Shown here: piece by piece, positions 36,701 to 48,295 of the stretch | Position numbering within the stretch: the stretch's first letter is position 1 | Layout of the letters: the number at the start of each line of letters is the position of its first letter | NCBI GenBank assembly: GCA_010015805.1 | Contig: ML978129.1 | Location: 930,001-994,000, forward strand | Source: Rhizodiscina lignyota | Lineage: Eukaryota | DNA: 64,000 nt | Direction: 5' to 3' | Translations under genes and position numbers: made by a program | The notes under the pieces: model-generated | Seen by the model: the letters and a program-made list of their open reading frames with translations, nothing else | What the model was told of the DNA's origin: nothing | The model's database searches: none

Positions 36701-36929
36701 TCTTCTTTTCTCGCTTCTGGCGGTGACTGGAGAAGCCCATCAGCTTTTTTTTGTAGGCCCATAGCACGGACTTGTTCAATTTGATGTCGACATTGAGGAG
36801 AATGTGGTAGAGGTTGACGATAACGTCCTTTTGGCGGTCGCCAACCACGACGAAGAAGCTGCGCTTCTTTTCCTGGGCGCCATTGCGAATCAATGCTGGT
36901 ATTCGAGAGTCGATTGCCTTTTTCACCAT
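33714..36929 (-). CDS. KRE33: RNA cytidine acetyltransferase (NAT10/Kre33)
   Basis: Intronless 1071-aa ORF. RTIETVEGGG, Walker A AARGRGKS, IDEAAAIPLP, STINGYEGTGRSL and GNAT motif RIATNP..GYGSRA. Confidence 0.98.
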   Translation of the reverse strand: MVKKAIDSRIPALIRNGAQEKKRSFFVVVGDRQKDVIVNLYHILLNVDIKLNKSVLWAYKKKLMGFSSHRQKREKKIKKEIKRGIRDVDTEDPFELFVSTQSIRYVYYNETDKILGNTYGMCILQDFEGITPNLLARTIETVEGGGLVLILLKGMSSLKQLYTLSMDIHSRYRTEAHGDVVARFNERFILSLGSCESCLVVDDELNVLPISGGKSVQQFPPPDPESEGKTPASRELATIKESLVDTQPIGSLITLARTVDQAKALLTFVDAIAEKTLRSTVTLTAARGRGKSAALGVAIAAAIAHGYSNIFITSPSPENLKTLFEFVFKGFDALNYMDHVDYSIIQSTNPDFNKAIVRVNVHRQHRQTIQYIQPQDAYTLGQAELLVIDEAAAIPLPLVRKLLGPYLVFMASTINGYEGTGRSLSLKLIEQLRQQSRGGKRLPDDQSIADRSTGKPAKRTEDIPLAGRSLREITLDEPIRYAQGDAVEKWLNKLLCLDATLSKSSGARGTPHPSQCQLLQVNRDTLFSFHPVSEIFLQQMMALYVASHYKNQPNDLQLLSDAPAHQLFVLVPPVEEDTQRLPEPLCVVQVVLEGQISRASVVNALERGQRPGGDLIPWLVSQQFQDEDFAGLSGARVIRIATNPNYMNMGYGSRALQLLTEFYSGMNASLNESELEEEESMIRVTDAELESSTLLQDNVKVRDINAMPPLFSRLSERRPPRLDYLGVSYGLTPPLHKFWKRAGFAPVYLRQTANDLTGEHTCVMLRTLDVPGAETDKSWLGAFARDFHKRFLSLLSYQFRSFASVSALSIIESANAGIKLDRSVVVEKLRKQELDKMFSPFDLKRLDSYANNMLDWHVILDMMPTIAEMYFTGRIKDENGVNLSGVQTALLLAVGLQRKGLEDVEKELGVQNSQLLAMFVKVLRKVAHHFRAIVEGAVQEDMPKRLVEDGEEDDAHANQGEEASEQRFRPLEQSLDEELADAGDEFKRAEKERMRDMINSLPLHKYEIADEDEDWEEPEKQIVGGKSTTVSVKSKHKEGQAKRKAGEAMREAEREAEKLKEKKPKKAKKDR

Positions 36930-36968
36930 CTTGACAACCCCTCCACGGCGAAGTCCCGGGCTATCGCG

Positions 36969-37143
36969 AGCTCATCGAATGCGTCCGATCGCAAATGGTC
37001 AAGAGGAAGGCGTCTGAAGCAGGGCAGAGCAATCGTAATCTTCTAGTACTCGGGATTCGAGATTTCGTTGGCAGCAGACTTGTAAATGGTGGTGCTCTGG
37101 CTGTCGCGAATATTGCGCCGATCCAGAAATCGCGAATTTTTTT
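36969..37143 (-). promoter_or_regulatory. PAC-like and RRPE-like ribosome-biogenesis elements upstream of KRE33
   Basis: TCGATGAGCT on the minus strand at 36969-36978 and an AAAAAAATTC tract at ~37134-37143, in RRPE-then-PAC order. Confidence 0.4.
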
Positions 37144-37386
37144 GAGCTCGGGCCCTGGCGGTGTTAGCGTGCGCCGGATGCGCGAGTCATTGTGGGGGTG
37201 GCTTCTCCATACTATCGCGGGCGCCAAGTTCAAGCCTTGGCTGGTTACTTAATGTTGACTCCATGACGCGACCCAAAGTCCCGTGAAATTCCTCACTTCT
37301 CCATTCGCTCTTTACCTCTCATCATGCTGCTGCCTTCTTGTACACACTTATAGCCAGGCGCCCCATGCATGCCAGCCCAAGCATCC

Positions 37387-40300
37387 ATGGAGCGTGTAAC
37401 GCTCGTCTACTTCTGGTGCGTGGGCTGACAATTACTTCCCCTTTCAGTAGACTAACTCGAAAATATAGCGGCCTCGCCGTCGGCTCCTCGTACCTGGCGG
37501 CTTCGTACGATACTTCGCCAGCGTTTGAACGTCCTTTCCAGTCCTCAATTATCGTGCTGTTCCTCACGGGCTTTTTCATCACGTTCGCGGAGAGGTACCG
37601 GCTATTGAGCGTACCACCACCACTTCCCTCCCATGCCAAGCAGTATGTCCCAATCCCGCAAGATGAACGGTTCGAGAAGCCGTCGCATTCGCCTCATTCA
37701 CGCCATTTATCGGAAGCCTCTAGCAAGTTCATCCGAAATTCACGATGGCGCGTTCGGAGTGCGTTCGGATGCCTGGTTCTCTGTCTCATCCTGCGGGTTC
37801 AAGTCACGCGAGCATTCTTCAAGCGCATTCGGTGCCCTTCAGCTGGTGTAGAGGTATGCAATTCGACTTGTCCTACTGATTCAAGGTCTGAAGCAATGTC
37901 GTATCATTAACAGCTAACATTTTTTTAAGCCGTTTGCGCCAATGGTCCTTGTGCTATATGATCTGTGGATCTCCGGGCAATTCTCATCTTGGGTTGAATG
38001 GGTAAGCGGTCGACATGATCCTTTCCAGAAGGCGATGAAACTGTTACAAGATGAACGACTAGCCTACTTGATCGCGGCGGCTTCTTTCAGTTTGAGCGCT
38101 GTCGTCGTATTGTCAGCTCGCTCGCTGCCCGACTCCACTGTCATCTGCTTCCCCGAAACCAGAGGAACCGCAGCGACATTTACTCTCAAAGTACTTGGAG
38201 CACTACTCGATGGTTGCGCTCTTGTATGCGTTGCTGAACTTGTAGGCCTGGATACTCAATGCAGGCCCCGCGGTGGAGGCCCAAGAGCTGTGGGCTTGGC
38301 TTGCATGGCAACCTCAGCGGGTCTCGCAATGATCGGTTCCCTTACCTTTCTCTTTCGACCTCAGGATCGATCATGGATACTTGCTACGTCGACTCCTTAT
38401 ACCATTGGTACAATCAAACTTGGTTTTCTTGTTTCTCTAACGTGTTATTGCGCACTACATCTCACTTTACGGGTAGGACTACCAACAGTCGCAATCACTG
38501 GAGTTTTTGCGTCGGTGTACTCGGCCAGTTGGACATCTGCGTGGAATTGGCTACCCGCTTTCGATTCTGGCGATACTAAGGCTTCTCTTCTCGGTCTTGC
38601 TTCGATGATTACAACCGTAATCATTTCCCTAAACGTGCTCCAGATACCACAGGATCATTCGGGAACCCCAACTTCTCGATTCGGCAAGCGCGCGCGGCCA
38701 TTGCTGATAGCTTTCGGGGCACTACTTTGGCTATGCCACGCATCCTTGTACTCTGGCCAGAGTCTGGCTGTGCCTTACCATCCAATCGATGCGCTCATCT
38801 CGGCAGCTGGTAAACGTTACAGAAGATGGGAGAAAGAAAATACTTGGACCGGCACTCTCGGTATGGCGGTTGTGAATTACCGTACACGATATGGACGACA
38901 TGCTCCCCCCAACTTCGACAAGTGGTACGACTTTGCCATTGAAAGGAATTCCACCATTATCGACGAGTTCGATAATATCTTTACGGACACACTGCCATTC
39001 TATTCTCTGTCTCCTGGTGAGCTCCGTCGAAGAACAGCAGAGGACATCGCTCAGCTGGATAATGGCGTGGAAGGCATAACCATCAGAAATGGAAAAGCGG
39101 AATCTGTTCGTCAGATCCCCGAGGACCACCAATGGCAGCTGGATGCTATCCTAAATATGATGAAGGATTTCGTAGAATATCTGCCAGACATGGACCTGGC
39201 CATTAATCTTAACGATGAAAGCCGAGTCGTAGTTCCCTATGAAGAGAACGAAAAGATATATGCGGCTGCCATGGGAGCTTTCCTCAAGCCGATGCGCAGA
39301 CGGCCCCGGAATATCTTCAGTAGAACCCGAGCACAGGGATGGCCGAAGATTTCAAATGATTCCATTGAACCATTCCACGTTTCGAAACCATTCGAGCCGA
39401 TCTTTGATACCTTCGGCTCAGCTCACTGCCATCCTCAATCAGCAGCTCGTGCGGCGTTCCCCTGGAACACAGCGAAATTGTGCCAACGCTGCCTGACTCC
39501 ACACTCACATCCTCTTGGACCGTTTCCCAACAATTCCTTCGCACAGGACATCTGTCACCAACCTGACCTCTCCTACTTGCACGGTTTTTACGCATCACCA
39601 TCTTCTTTCCGAGGAGTGTCTCAGCTGCGACCCACATTCAGTCAAAGCAAGGCTCCAGGCTTTCGAGACATCCTGTATCCAAGCCCTTGGAACTACGCCG
39701 ACAGAAGTGGAACCGTGTACGCGCCGAATGACAGCTTTCCAGATGTATCTTTCCAAGAAAAGGAAGATACCCTCTTCTGGCGAGGTACCACGTCAGAAGG
39801 ATTTGCGACTGCTAATGGTCGTGGCGCATGGAAGGGAATGACGCGACAGCGCTTTGTTGCGCAAGCCAATTTCCCAATGGAGCAGAATGTGCTTCTACCT
39901 TACATCGAGGAAGTCAACGTGACGATGTTCAATGCATCTATCGTGACCAAGCCGAAGGAGCGGTGGAATTACCATCGGCTTTCGACAGCGCAGCTGCAAG
40001 CATACTTCCACACAAACGTCTCGATCGGTCATCCCATTGCACGTTGCATGTGGTTCGATTGCGATGACCAAGTCAACTTCTTCGATCGCACAGTCCCACT
40101 ATCTGAACTAAACTTCTCCGTCTCATCTCGATACCCGCCGACCCTCCCACCACCGGCCACTACAAAACTGAACACATCGACACCCAAAACTCACAACTCT
40201 CTCACAAATGAGCACATCGACTTCCAAACCCACTGGCGCTATCGTTACCTCTTTGACCTCGACGGTGCCGGCTTCTCCGGCCGCTTCATCCCTTTCTTGC

Positions 40301-40653
40301 AATCCCGCTCTCTCCCTTTCAAAACAACGTCCCTCTTCAAGGAGTGGTGGGACGGCCGCGTCATGCCATGGTGGCACTACATCCCCGTCGATCCTCGTCT
40401 GGTTGGGCTGTACTCAACTCTGGCGTATTTCATGGGCGTGGACACTACAGGTGATGATCAAGCTGTGGAAAGAGGAATGGATATCAAATGGAAGGGACGA
40501 GTGGAGGAGGCGGAGAAGATGGCGGAGAGGGGAAGACGGTTGGCTGAGAAGGTGCTGAGGAAGGAGGATATGGAAGTTTACATGTTTCGGTTGCTGCTGG
40601 AGTGGGGGAGGTTGGTGGATGAGAACAGGGATGAGATTGGTTTTACTCTTTGA
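37387..40653 (+). CDS. Glycosyltransferase family 90 (CAP10/Cxt1-like xylosyltransferase) with multi-TM N-terminus
   Basis: Model: ATG 37387, introns 37416-37468 and 37854-37929. Motifs YRTRYGRHAPPNFDKWYDFA, LPDMDLAINLNDE, LFWRGTTSEG, YRYLFDLDGAGFSGRF, PWWHYIPVD and DMEVYMFRLLLEWGR. Confidence 0.9.
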
Positions 40654-41078
40654 GGGTTTTGAATTGGTGAAATTGATGGCGTTTCTCAATACAGAGGTGA
40701 ACTAGCTCTCGCTCGGTGGATGCATAGGCTGGATCGGCGTTTGGCCGTGGAGGCTTGATTCCATTCGTTGCATATAGTTCAAGCGAGGAAGAAGAAAAGT
40801 TGATTTTGAATGAAGAATTCTTTCTCTCATTTCAGAAGCTATGAAATGCCTGAGTGACCGAACAAGGCTGTTACGCACGCCAGAATTAGTCCTCAAAACG
40901 AATAGCGCGCCATCTATGCAATGACGTGGTCCGAAAAGCGCCCGCTCAATCCGTGATACTGCCACAATGAATGTCATCCCATGCCTATCCGCAATCGTCA
41001 ACGCCGCCCAATGCTCTGTTCCGCCAGGTATCATTCGACGCTTTGATCTGATTCAACCAAATATAAGTCTCTTCTCCC

Positions 41079-42417
41079 TCATGGCCCGCCTTTGGGATGT
41101 TGCACCCATGGTCGGACTTTCCCCACGTTTATAACAGTCACGACATATTTGTTCTCTGCAAGGTCGTAACATGCCGTTACATTGGCCGTTACTTCGCCTT
41201 TCTGACCTCTCACTTCAATCTGTCCTTGGACCCGGACGCTGCCCCTCGGCGGCTCGACAGGGAACGTTGCTTGCTGATAGTTCTTCATGAAACTGTTCAT
41301 GAACACGAGGAAGGTATCTGGTCGTTTGGCCTTGGGTCCTACCGCGCCGGCCGAGTTGTCTGGGGGCAGTCTGGACGGCAACTTCGGCGGAGAAGGGGAC
41401 TTGCTTTTCACTTCCGCTCCATCAACCTCTCCACCGCGCTCGTTGGCGTCAGGCTGGACCGGTGGCAACGGGCCGATTTTGGGTGGTTGTTGATCTGATT
41501 GCGTTGACAGCCCCCTCATAGATTGTTGGCCTTGACTGCTTAGTGAACTGAAGGGACTATCGGACTTTCCGGTCCCGCCAAACCCGAACGTCTCCTTCGC
41601 CTTCTTCCATTGTGTCTCGAACAGGTACTTGCTGCTTGAGTATACGCTCCAGAACGCAGTCGCCGGCCAGATGGCGTTGCGGTGTCGCAAATACTCATCT
41701 TGTGGCATCGACTTCGCCGCCCATGCGATTGTATTGTCCGTGAGCAGAAGACCTTGTATTTCGTATAGCTGCGGCGGGCCGTCGGGGAAGTAGATGTTCA
41801 ACATGACACGGCCTTTCGATGGATCGACACGGCCGAGGTCGCGAGCGAAGTTCTTATGGCGGGAGATGACGTTGCGGACGTGGCCTACGAGTTGTTCTTG
41901 ACTGAAGTTAGCTGTGGTTCTCTCAACCTCAACATGTTGGGACGAAGGGAAGGAGCCACGAACTCTGTACGGCCATTTGCCGCTTTCGATCCGACGAAAA
42001 GGCCTTAAATGCCTGCCACTCTGGATCGCTACCTCTGTAGTATTCGCGCGGCATCTTCGTAGGCCAGCTCATGGGTATGAATATGACATTGTCCAGCGAT
42101 AACTCTTCCTCTTCGTCCTCCTCCTCTTCTTCCTCGTCTTCATCTTCCCATTCGACACTGATATCAAACTCCCACCATAGAAAAACTATTATGGGTACTG
42201 TATAGCCTGTGAACTTTAATAGTCGCCTCCACGTGAAGAATCTCGGCCGCTGGAATCGGACCCGCTGCACCGTAACGGACGTCGCATTTCTGGCGATTTC
42301 TCTTGATCTAACGGCGCTTTGCCAAGGAAATCGATGAGGAGGAGTCTGGAGAGGTAGAGATATCGGACGGTGACTGAGAGGAGCAGCGAGTGACCGCAAA
42401 GCAGGTCGTCTGAACAT
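41079..42417 (-). CDS. Conserved-looking fungal hypothetical protein, probable mitochondrial membrane protein
   Basis: Arg-rich presequence-like start, one hydrophobic segment, acidic run and FIPMSWP..YYRGSDPEWQAF. An intron at ~41898-41963 joins to the exon ending EPPRGSVRVQGQIEV..QHPKGGP. Confidence 0.82.
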
Positions 42418-42755
42418 ATGCGGAGAAGGGCGAGGCGGCGAGTGGCGGCGGTTGCGGAGGGATATCTAAGTGTGGTTTATGTACTTTTCATGAGCGGAAC
42501 GACAAATAACATCGACGGGAGAGGGTATCATCGAACACATGTCATGAAAGAAGAGAGGAGGGTAGAGTGGCATTCAAACGTGCCTTCCGAATCAGCCTTC
42601 TAGACTTGCCTTGCACCAGTGGCACCTGCCTCCATCGCGATATCTTCGGCTCGGCTAATTATCCAACGCCGGAGCTGGGATCATCAGCAAGTGTAACTAC
42701 CTAGGCGTCAAAGATAGCAGCAGAAGAGCTGCTCCATCTCTCACGCCCAGCAATC

Positions 42756-44110
42756 ATGAGGTGGTCGGCGAGCTTCAGCTTTCTCTTGCTCCTGAGAGTA
42801 TGGAGCGCCACCGCAGAGTCGCTCAAAGAACCGATTGTTTTCCTGTACGATCCCGACACGCAATCCAGCTCCATCGATGCGACTTCAGCACCAGTTACGC
42901 CAGAAACAGCGCGCCTGATATTCGCAGATCGAATAGGCCTGTCGCAGCTCTATGATCTGTCGAATACAGACGATGCTGCCATCAACCAAATAAACCAATA
43001 CGGTGGTGACCAGCACGTCTTTGGTTTCCAGAGGCCACAATGGGGCCAGTCAAAGTCACTTATAATCATAGACGGTGTGAGAGAAAGGCCAGGTTGGTTC
43101 TATGGGAAACCAGGTTTCTCTGAATAGTATCCTGACAAGTCTCACAGAGAATATGGAGACGCTCCGAACTTTTACCATGACCGAAACGCCATCGACGGAA
43201 CAGACTTTGGAGCTTTTCAGACGCCTGGATTGGGAAGCGCAGGAGTTACTGTCACCTAGTCCATACCATGACAAAACACCATCAACCGCAAGCCAGCGGA
43301 TTGAGAAGTCACTCATCGACTTTATAGATGACTACGGTGGGTGCGGTTATGGAGGATCTAGAGCCTTTGGAGAGATCTCAATTACTCGTCTTCAATGCGA
43401 CATGGTGCGTTTATCCATCATTACCTTCGAGCCCTCCACTGACATATCTCAAGGACTCCTCGAGGACCCAATCAGCTCTGAAGCTATTCTACAAAATAGC
43501 CTCTGAAGAGCAGATGAAGCTCACGATTCTTATGACGCCCACGTCGCCATCAAATCCATCCAAACCCTCGACAATGCCATTCGGCCCTGTTCGCGATGTA
43601 CAGATCCCTGAGCTTCCAAACCGCAAGCTCCATCGGCGTGATGAAGCGATACTTTCAGAACCCGTACCCACACCATCCTCCAAGCAGGCATCGACTCCCG
43701 CCGCCAAGAGTCCACCTCAGATTCTCGCCTCTTCTCCCGCCTATCCATTCGTCGCTCAATGCTATGCATCTGCCGCCGATTGCGCGAAAGGCACCGGTAA
43801 CTGCACCGGTCATGGCGAGTGTGTGCTCAAGTCCAAGACCAAGACTGAAGGTGGATCGGACGAATGCTACGTCTGTTCGTGCAACAAGCCGGTGGTCATC
43901 AAGAATGAGGATGGCACAACGAAGACGACACATTTTGGAGGCAGTGCGTGCCAGAAAGTGGACATCAGCGCGCCGTTCTGGATCTTGACGTTGACAGCGG
44001 GCTCATTGTTAGCACTCGTCGGATTTGGCGTTAGCATGCTGTATGCTATGGGTAGCGCAGAGCTACCGAGCGTCATTGGAGCTGGAGTGTCGGGGCCAAG
44101 GGCAAAATAA
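42756..44110 (+). CDS. DUF3844 / Vps3844-like type I membrane protein
   Basis: Signal peptide and two introns. C-terminal Cys-rich CY..C..TGNCTGHGEC..C.C..GGSACQKVDISAPFW, TM helix and ELPSVIGAGVSGP. Confidence 0.88.
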
Positions 44111-44411
44111 TTGTGATCCCGATTGGATGTGGCTGGAATCTGGGGGGGCCGATTGGTGACTGAAGGAAGACTTCAATCTGTACCTATTTGGGCTTACTTG
44201 CAAGGCGTTCTGGAAATCAGGGAACCTGTAAGGTGTAGAGAAATATTTTCAATGTGCTAGATCGACGCACTGGGTATAGTCATCCCAATGCATGCGCAGT
44301 ATAACCAAACTGTATCATCATGAACGCCATTGATGCACCTAGCCTCCGTCTCCCCGCTATGATACATCGCTTGGATGAAGGATTTGAGAAGAGCACATAA
44401 AGAAGACCAAC

Positions 44412-45219
44412 TCAATGCTTGCCTTTCTTCTTTTTCTTCCCACCGCCTTGTGATTCCTTTGGTCCGCCGCTTTCTACAATCACAGCATCGTCATCGCTCA
44501 CACTCTTTCCAGTCGCGCTTGTTCCTGTTGGACTCGCTACGCTCCTCGCTGTTGGACTCAGTGTTGATGCGCTTTTCTCCTCGTCCAGCTCCTTCATAAA
44601 GTTCGTCTGGATCGTCGCCTTGCGCTTCTCCCACCATTCCTTCTCGGCGGTGGCTTGTGCTTGCAGTTCGTCCATGCGCTTGCGGATCATGGCATTGTTG
44701 GCCATCTCGTTTGCGGATTGGAAGATATTTTGGCCCCAGCCAGGCGCGAATGCATTTGCCTACGGTCGTCACTGTTAACTAAGAGTTTCAATTCATCAGA
44801 AATGAAAACGCAAATCATACCTCGTTAACAACATCCCTCAACTCCTCCTCAATCTCCTTCTCCGCCCTCAAAAATCGCTGCCATAGCTCGTCCCCCACAC
44901 AGCCCTTCTGCAGCAGCGTGCTCAGCGCCTGCTTCGCATTCCGCACCGCAATGATCCTGTGGATGTCCTCCGTCGCTCGTCTTAACAATGCAGCTTTCAG
45001 TACGCTGTCGGGTACTTTGGCGGACTTTTCGTTGCCCTCTTCGGGTTCGTGGTGCAGGAGAGAGAGATAGATGTTGCGCTGCAGGTGAGGCGGGAACCAT
45101 GGCGCGAGCGAGGCCGCTTTGGTGGCGCGGCGCTGGCGATAGACGTATGAGAATGTGGAGAGGGAGCCGATGAGGATGGCGAGGTAGACGACGGGGAAGG
45201 CGAGGGAGAGCCAGTTCAT
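44412..45219 (-). CDS. SEC66: Translocation protein Sec66/Sec71 (Sec62/63 complex)
   Basis: N-terminal TM, PWFPPHLQRNIYLSL, LKAALLRRA and GDELWQRF..EKE. An intron at ~44761-44820 continues into ANAFAPGWGQNIFQSANEM. Confidence 0.93.
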
Positions 45220-45804
45220 TTTGGCGGTGGGTTATGGCTCGAGTCGACCAAACGACCTCGAGTGATTGTATCCAAAGGAAAGGTTTCTTTGTAATTAGAA
45301 TTTCATGCGCTCGACTGTATCATACTCGGAATCCGCGATTCGATTTTAAGTTGAGCGAAAGTTGTAGTGCGGAGCGGTGATGAAAGGCGGTGCGTTGGCT
45401 TTTTGGTGGTTTATGTCTGTAAGACGTGAAATGTAGCCAGACCAAATTTAGAAGCACAACTTGACAACCCTGAAGCGCTCCGAGGTTTAGCCGTCGCCGC
45501 ACGCGATCGCGCTTGCCGCGCTCGGACCTCGAACATGATGTAGGCACAGGTAGCTGCGACTTACGAAAGCTTCCACAGCTCGGCTTCCATGCCATTCGGA
45601 GAGCTTCACAACATCCTCCGAAGGCAACACATCTCACTCTATCTCTTTCAGGGGCCTAATCCACCTCTGAACTAACTTACAACCTCTTTTTCCTTGGGAA
45701 GAGACGAATCACACGTCACACTACCTCTGCCCGCAACTCCCTTGTCCTCAACTAACGGACAACTTGAACACTCCTAGAAAGAAAGGAAGAAAGCCGAAGT
45801 TACC

Positions 45805-47802
45805 ATGATATTAAGATTCCAGTCGAAGAACGGTCAATTCCGCATTGATGTCGATCCGTCACAAGACTTCGCATCGGTAGTGGATGCCGTTGCGACCCAC
45901 CTCCCCAAAGATGTGGACATATCCACCATTACCGTGGCGAACAACCCTCGTGGTGGAGATGCGCGCATTCTGCAGGAGCTCAGAGGCATCTCTTTTGAGA
46001 GGGTAGGCCTGAGGTATGTACTGGATCCAATATCCTCAGGACGTAACTTTTTAACGTCATAGTAGCAATGGTGACAAGCTGTTCCTCGACTTCAAGACTC
46101 AGCAGAACATGTCGAATGGACATTCATCAGAATCAGAAGCAACATCACGACGTTTGAACGGAGTACCTGTCCTTGATACCGATTCCATCGCCCTCCCAGA
46201 GCTCACTAAAATTGTCTCTCCTACAAAACCCATCCGAAACCCTTGGGAGGTTGTCAAACAGTCTCCTCTGGATGACGCGCTGGATAAGAAGGATGGCAAG
46301 ATTCCGAGACCGCGAGACCAAAAGATGTGTCGGCATGGGGAGAAGGGTATGTGCGACTACTGCATGCCACTGGAGCCATACGACCCCAAATACCTTGACG
46401 AGAAGAAGATCAAACATCTCTCATTTCACTCTTACCTACGGAAAGTCAACACAGGGAAGAACAAGCCGGAGCTGGGAAGCTCGTTCATGCCACCGTTGAC
46501 AGAACCGTTCTTCCGTGTACGGCCCGACTGCCCGTCCGGACATCCACCTTGGCCAGAAGGTATCTGCACAAAGTGCCAACCAAGCGCAATTTCCCTACAG
46601 CCGCAGGAGTTCCGCATGGTGGACCACGTCGAATTCGCTTCTTCAGACCTGATCAACACATTACTCGACTTTTGGAGGAGTTCCGGCTGCCAGAGGATAG
46701 GCTACTTATATGGGCGGTATGAAGAATATCCCATGGTGCCGCTGGGCACAAAAGCAGTTGTAGAAGCGGTCTACGAACCACCTCAGGTTAACGAACTTGA
46801 TGGGATTTCGTTACTGGACTGGGATAATGAGGCAGACATTGATGCGATGGCACGATTATGTGGCATGCAGCGGCTGGGCGTCATCTTCACCGATCTCCTC
46901 GATGCTGGCGCCAATGATGGCTCTGTCGTCTGCAAACGCCATGGCGATTCCTATTTTCTCTCCTCGCTCGAGATTGTATTCGCTTCTCGCTACCAAGCTA
47001 AAAACCCGCACCCGACAAAGTGGAGCGAAAGTGGCAAATTTGGCTCAAATTTCGTCACCTGCGTCATTTCAGGAGACGAAGAGGGACAGATTGGCATCAG
47101 CGCATACCAGGCCAGCAATGCTGCAGTCGAAATGGTCAAGGCAGACATCATTGAGCCTTCTGCGGAGCCATCAGTGATGCTAGTGCAGAGCGAAGAAGAG
47201 GACGAGAAGCTAGGACGCGTGCGATACATACCCGAAGTCTTCTACCGAAAAATTAACGAGTATGGTGCGAATGTACAGGAGAATGCGAAGCCATCGTTTC
47301 CAGTGGAATATCTGCTGGTCACACTGACCCACGGCTTTCCAGATCAGGCGTCTCCAGTCTTCCGGAACACGTCTTTCCCAGTCGAGAATCGGGAAGGTCT
47401 TGGGCTGGCGCAGGAAGTGAAGGCACTAACCACACAGCTCAAAGCGACTAGTGGTGGAATACCACTCAACAGGCCAGAAGGAATTCAGGCCGTTAGCGAC
47501 TTCCACGTGCTCTGCTTCATCCACAGCATGGGCATCTTGAGCAAGGTATGCACCATTCTCCCTGCTTCCCCCTATTCAAACTGACAATTATCACTCAGGA
47601 CGAGGAGAAGCTGCTAGCCCAACTGGCAACCAAGCACGATCCCTCTGTCGGATTGCAGCTACAGAACGCGCCGGGCTGGGCGACGTTGATGACGGTCTTA
47701 CAAACAGCTGGTGAGCGACTCCCGAAGCGTCCTTCCCCTTTCGATGACTCTGCCGCCACGGATGTACTTACTAAGAGGGTCAAGGGGGTTAGCTTGAGAT
47801 AG
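45805..47802 (+). CDS. NPL4: Nuclear protein localization protein 4 (Cdc48-Ufd1-Npl4 cofactor)
   Basis: [13 protein letters not shown]b-like start, zf-NPL4 [12 protein letters not shown] and [44 protein letters not shown]. Two introns (~46014-46065, ~47546-47599). Confidence 0.97.
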
Positions 47803-48295
47803 AAGGTTACACTTTATTGTAAATCTTCTCTAGCTACACCTCTCTTTGCAGGCTCGATCTAATACTCCGACTAATGCATGGCGGTGGCGTTTTCATGGGA
47901 ATATCGCACCGGGAATGGCATCTCGCTGAGCAAGGCTGATAAATAGGTGATGGAAGGCTCGAAATCGCTTGGAATGCTGATAAAATAGCTATCAGAATGG
48001 TAGCTTTGAATTAATAAGCTGCCTATGGAACGATTTTGCATTGCTTGACATTCTTGCGATGAGATGCTAGAGTTTGCTTTGTGAAAGATCAGCCCCCTCT
48101 TAAGCTACGCCACCATCGCTGTAGATATGCTTCTCAGAAGTCGTAGACATGTTACGCACGTCGACAGTTTGGGATTTGGCGTGGAACAAGCTCAAGCATC
48201 CGAGCTGAGCTGTTGCTCGCTATGCCCATCTTAGCGGTCCGCCGGCAAGCGGTGCCTTTGTTGATATCGAATGAGTAAGATTTGACATCCATTCC

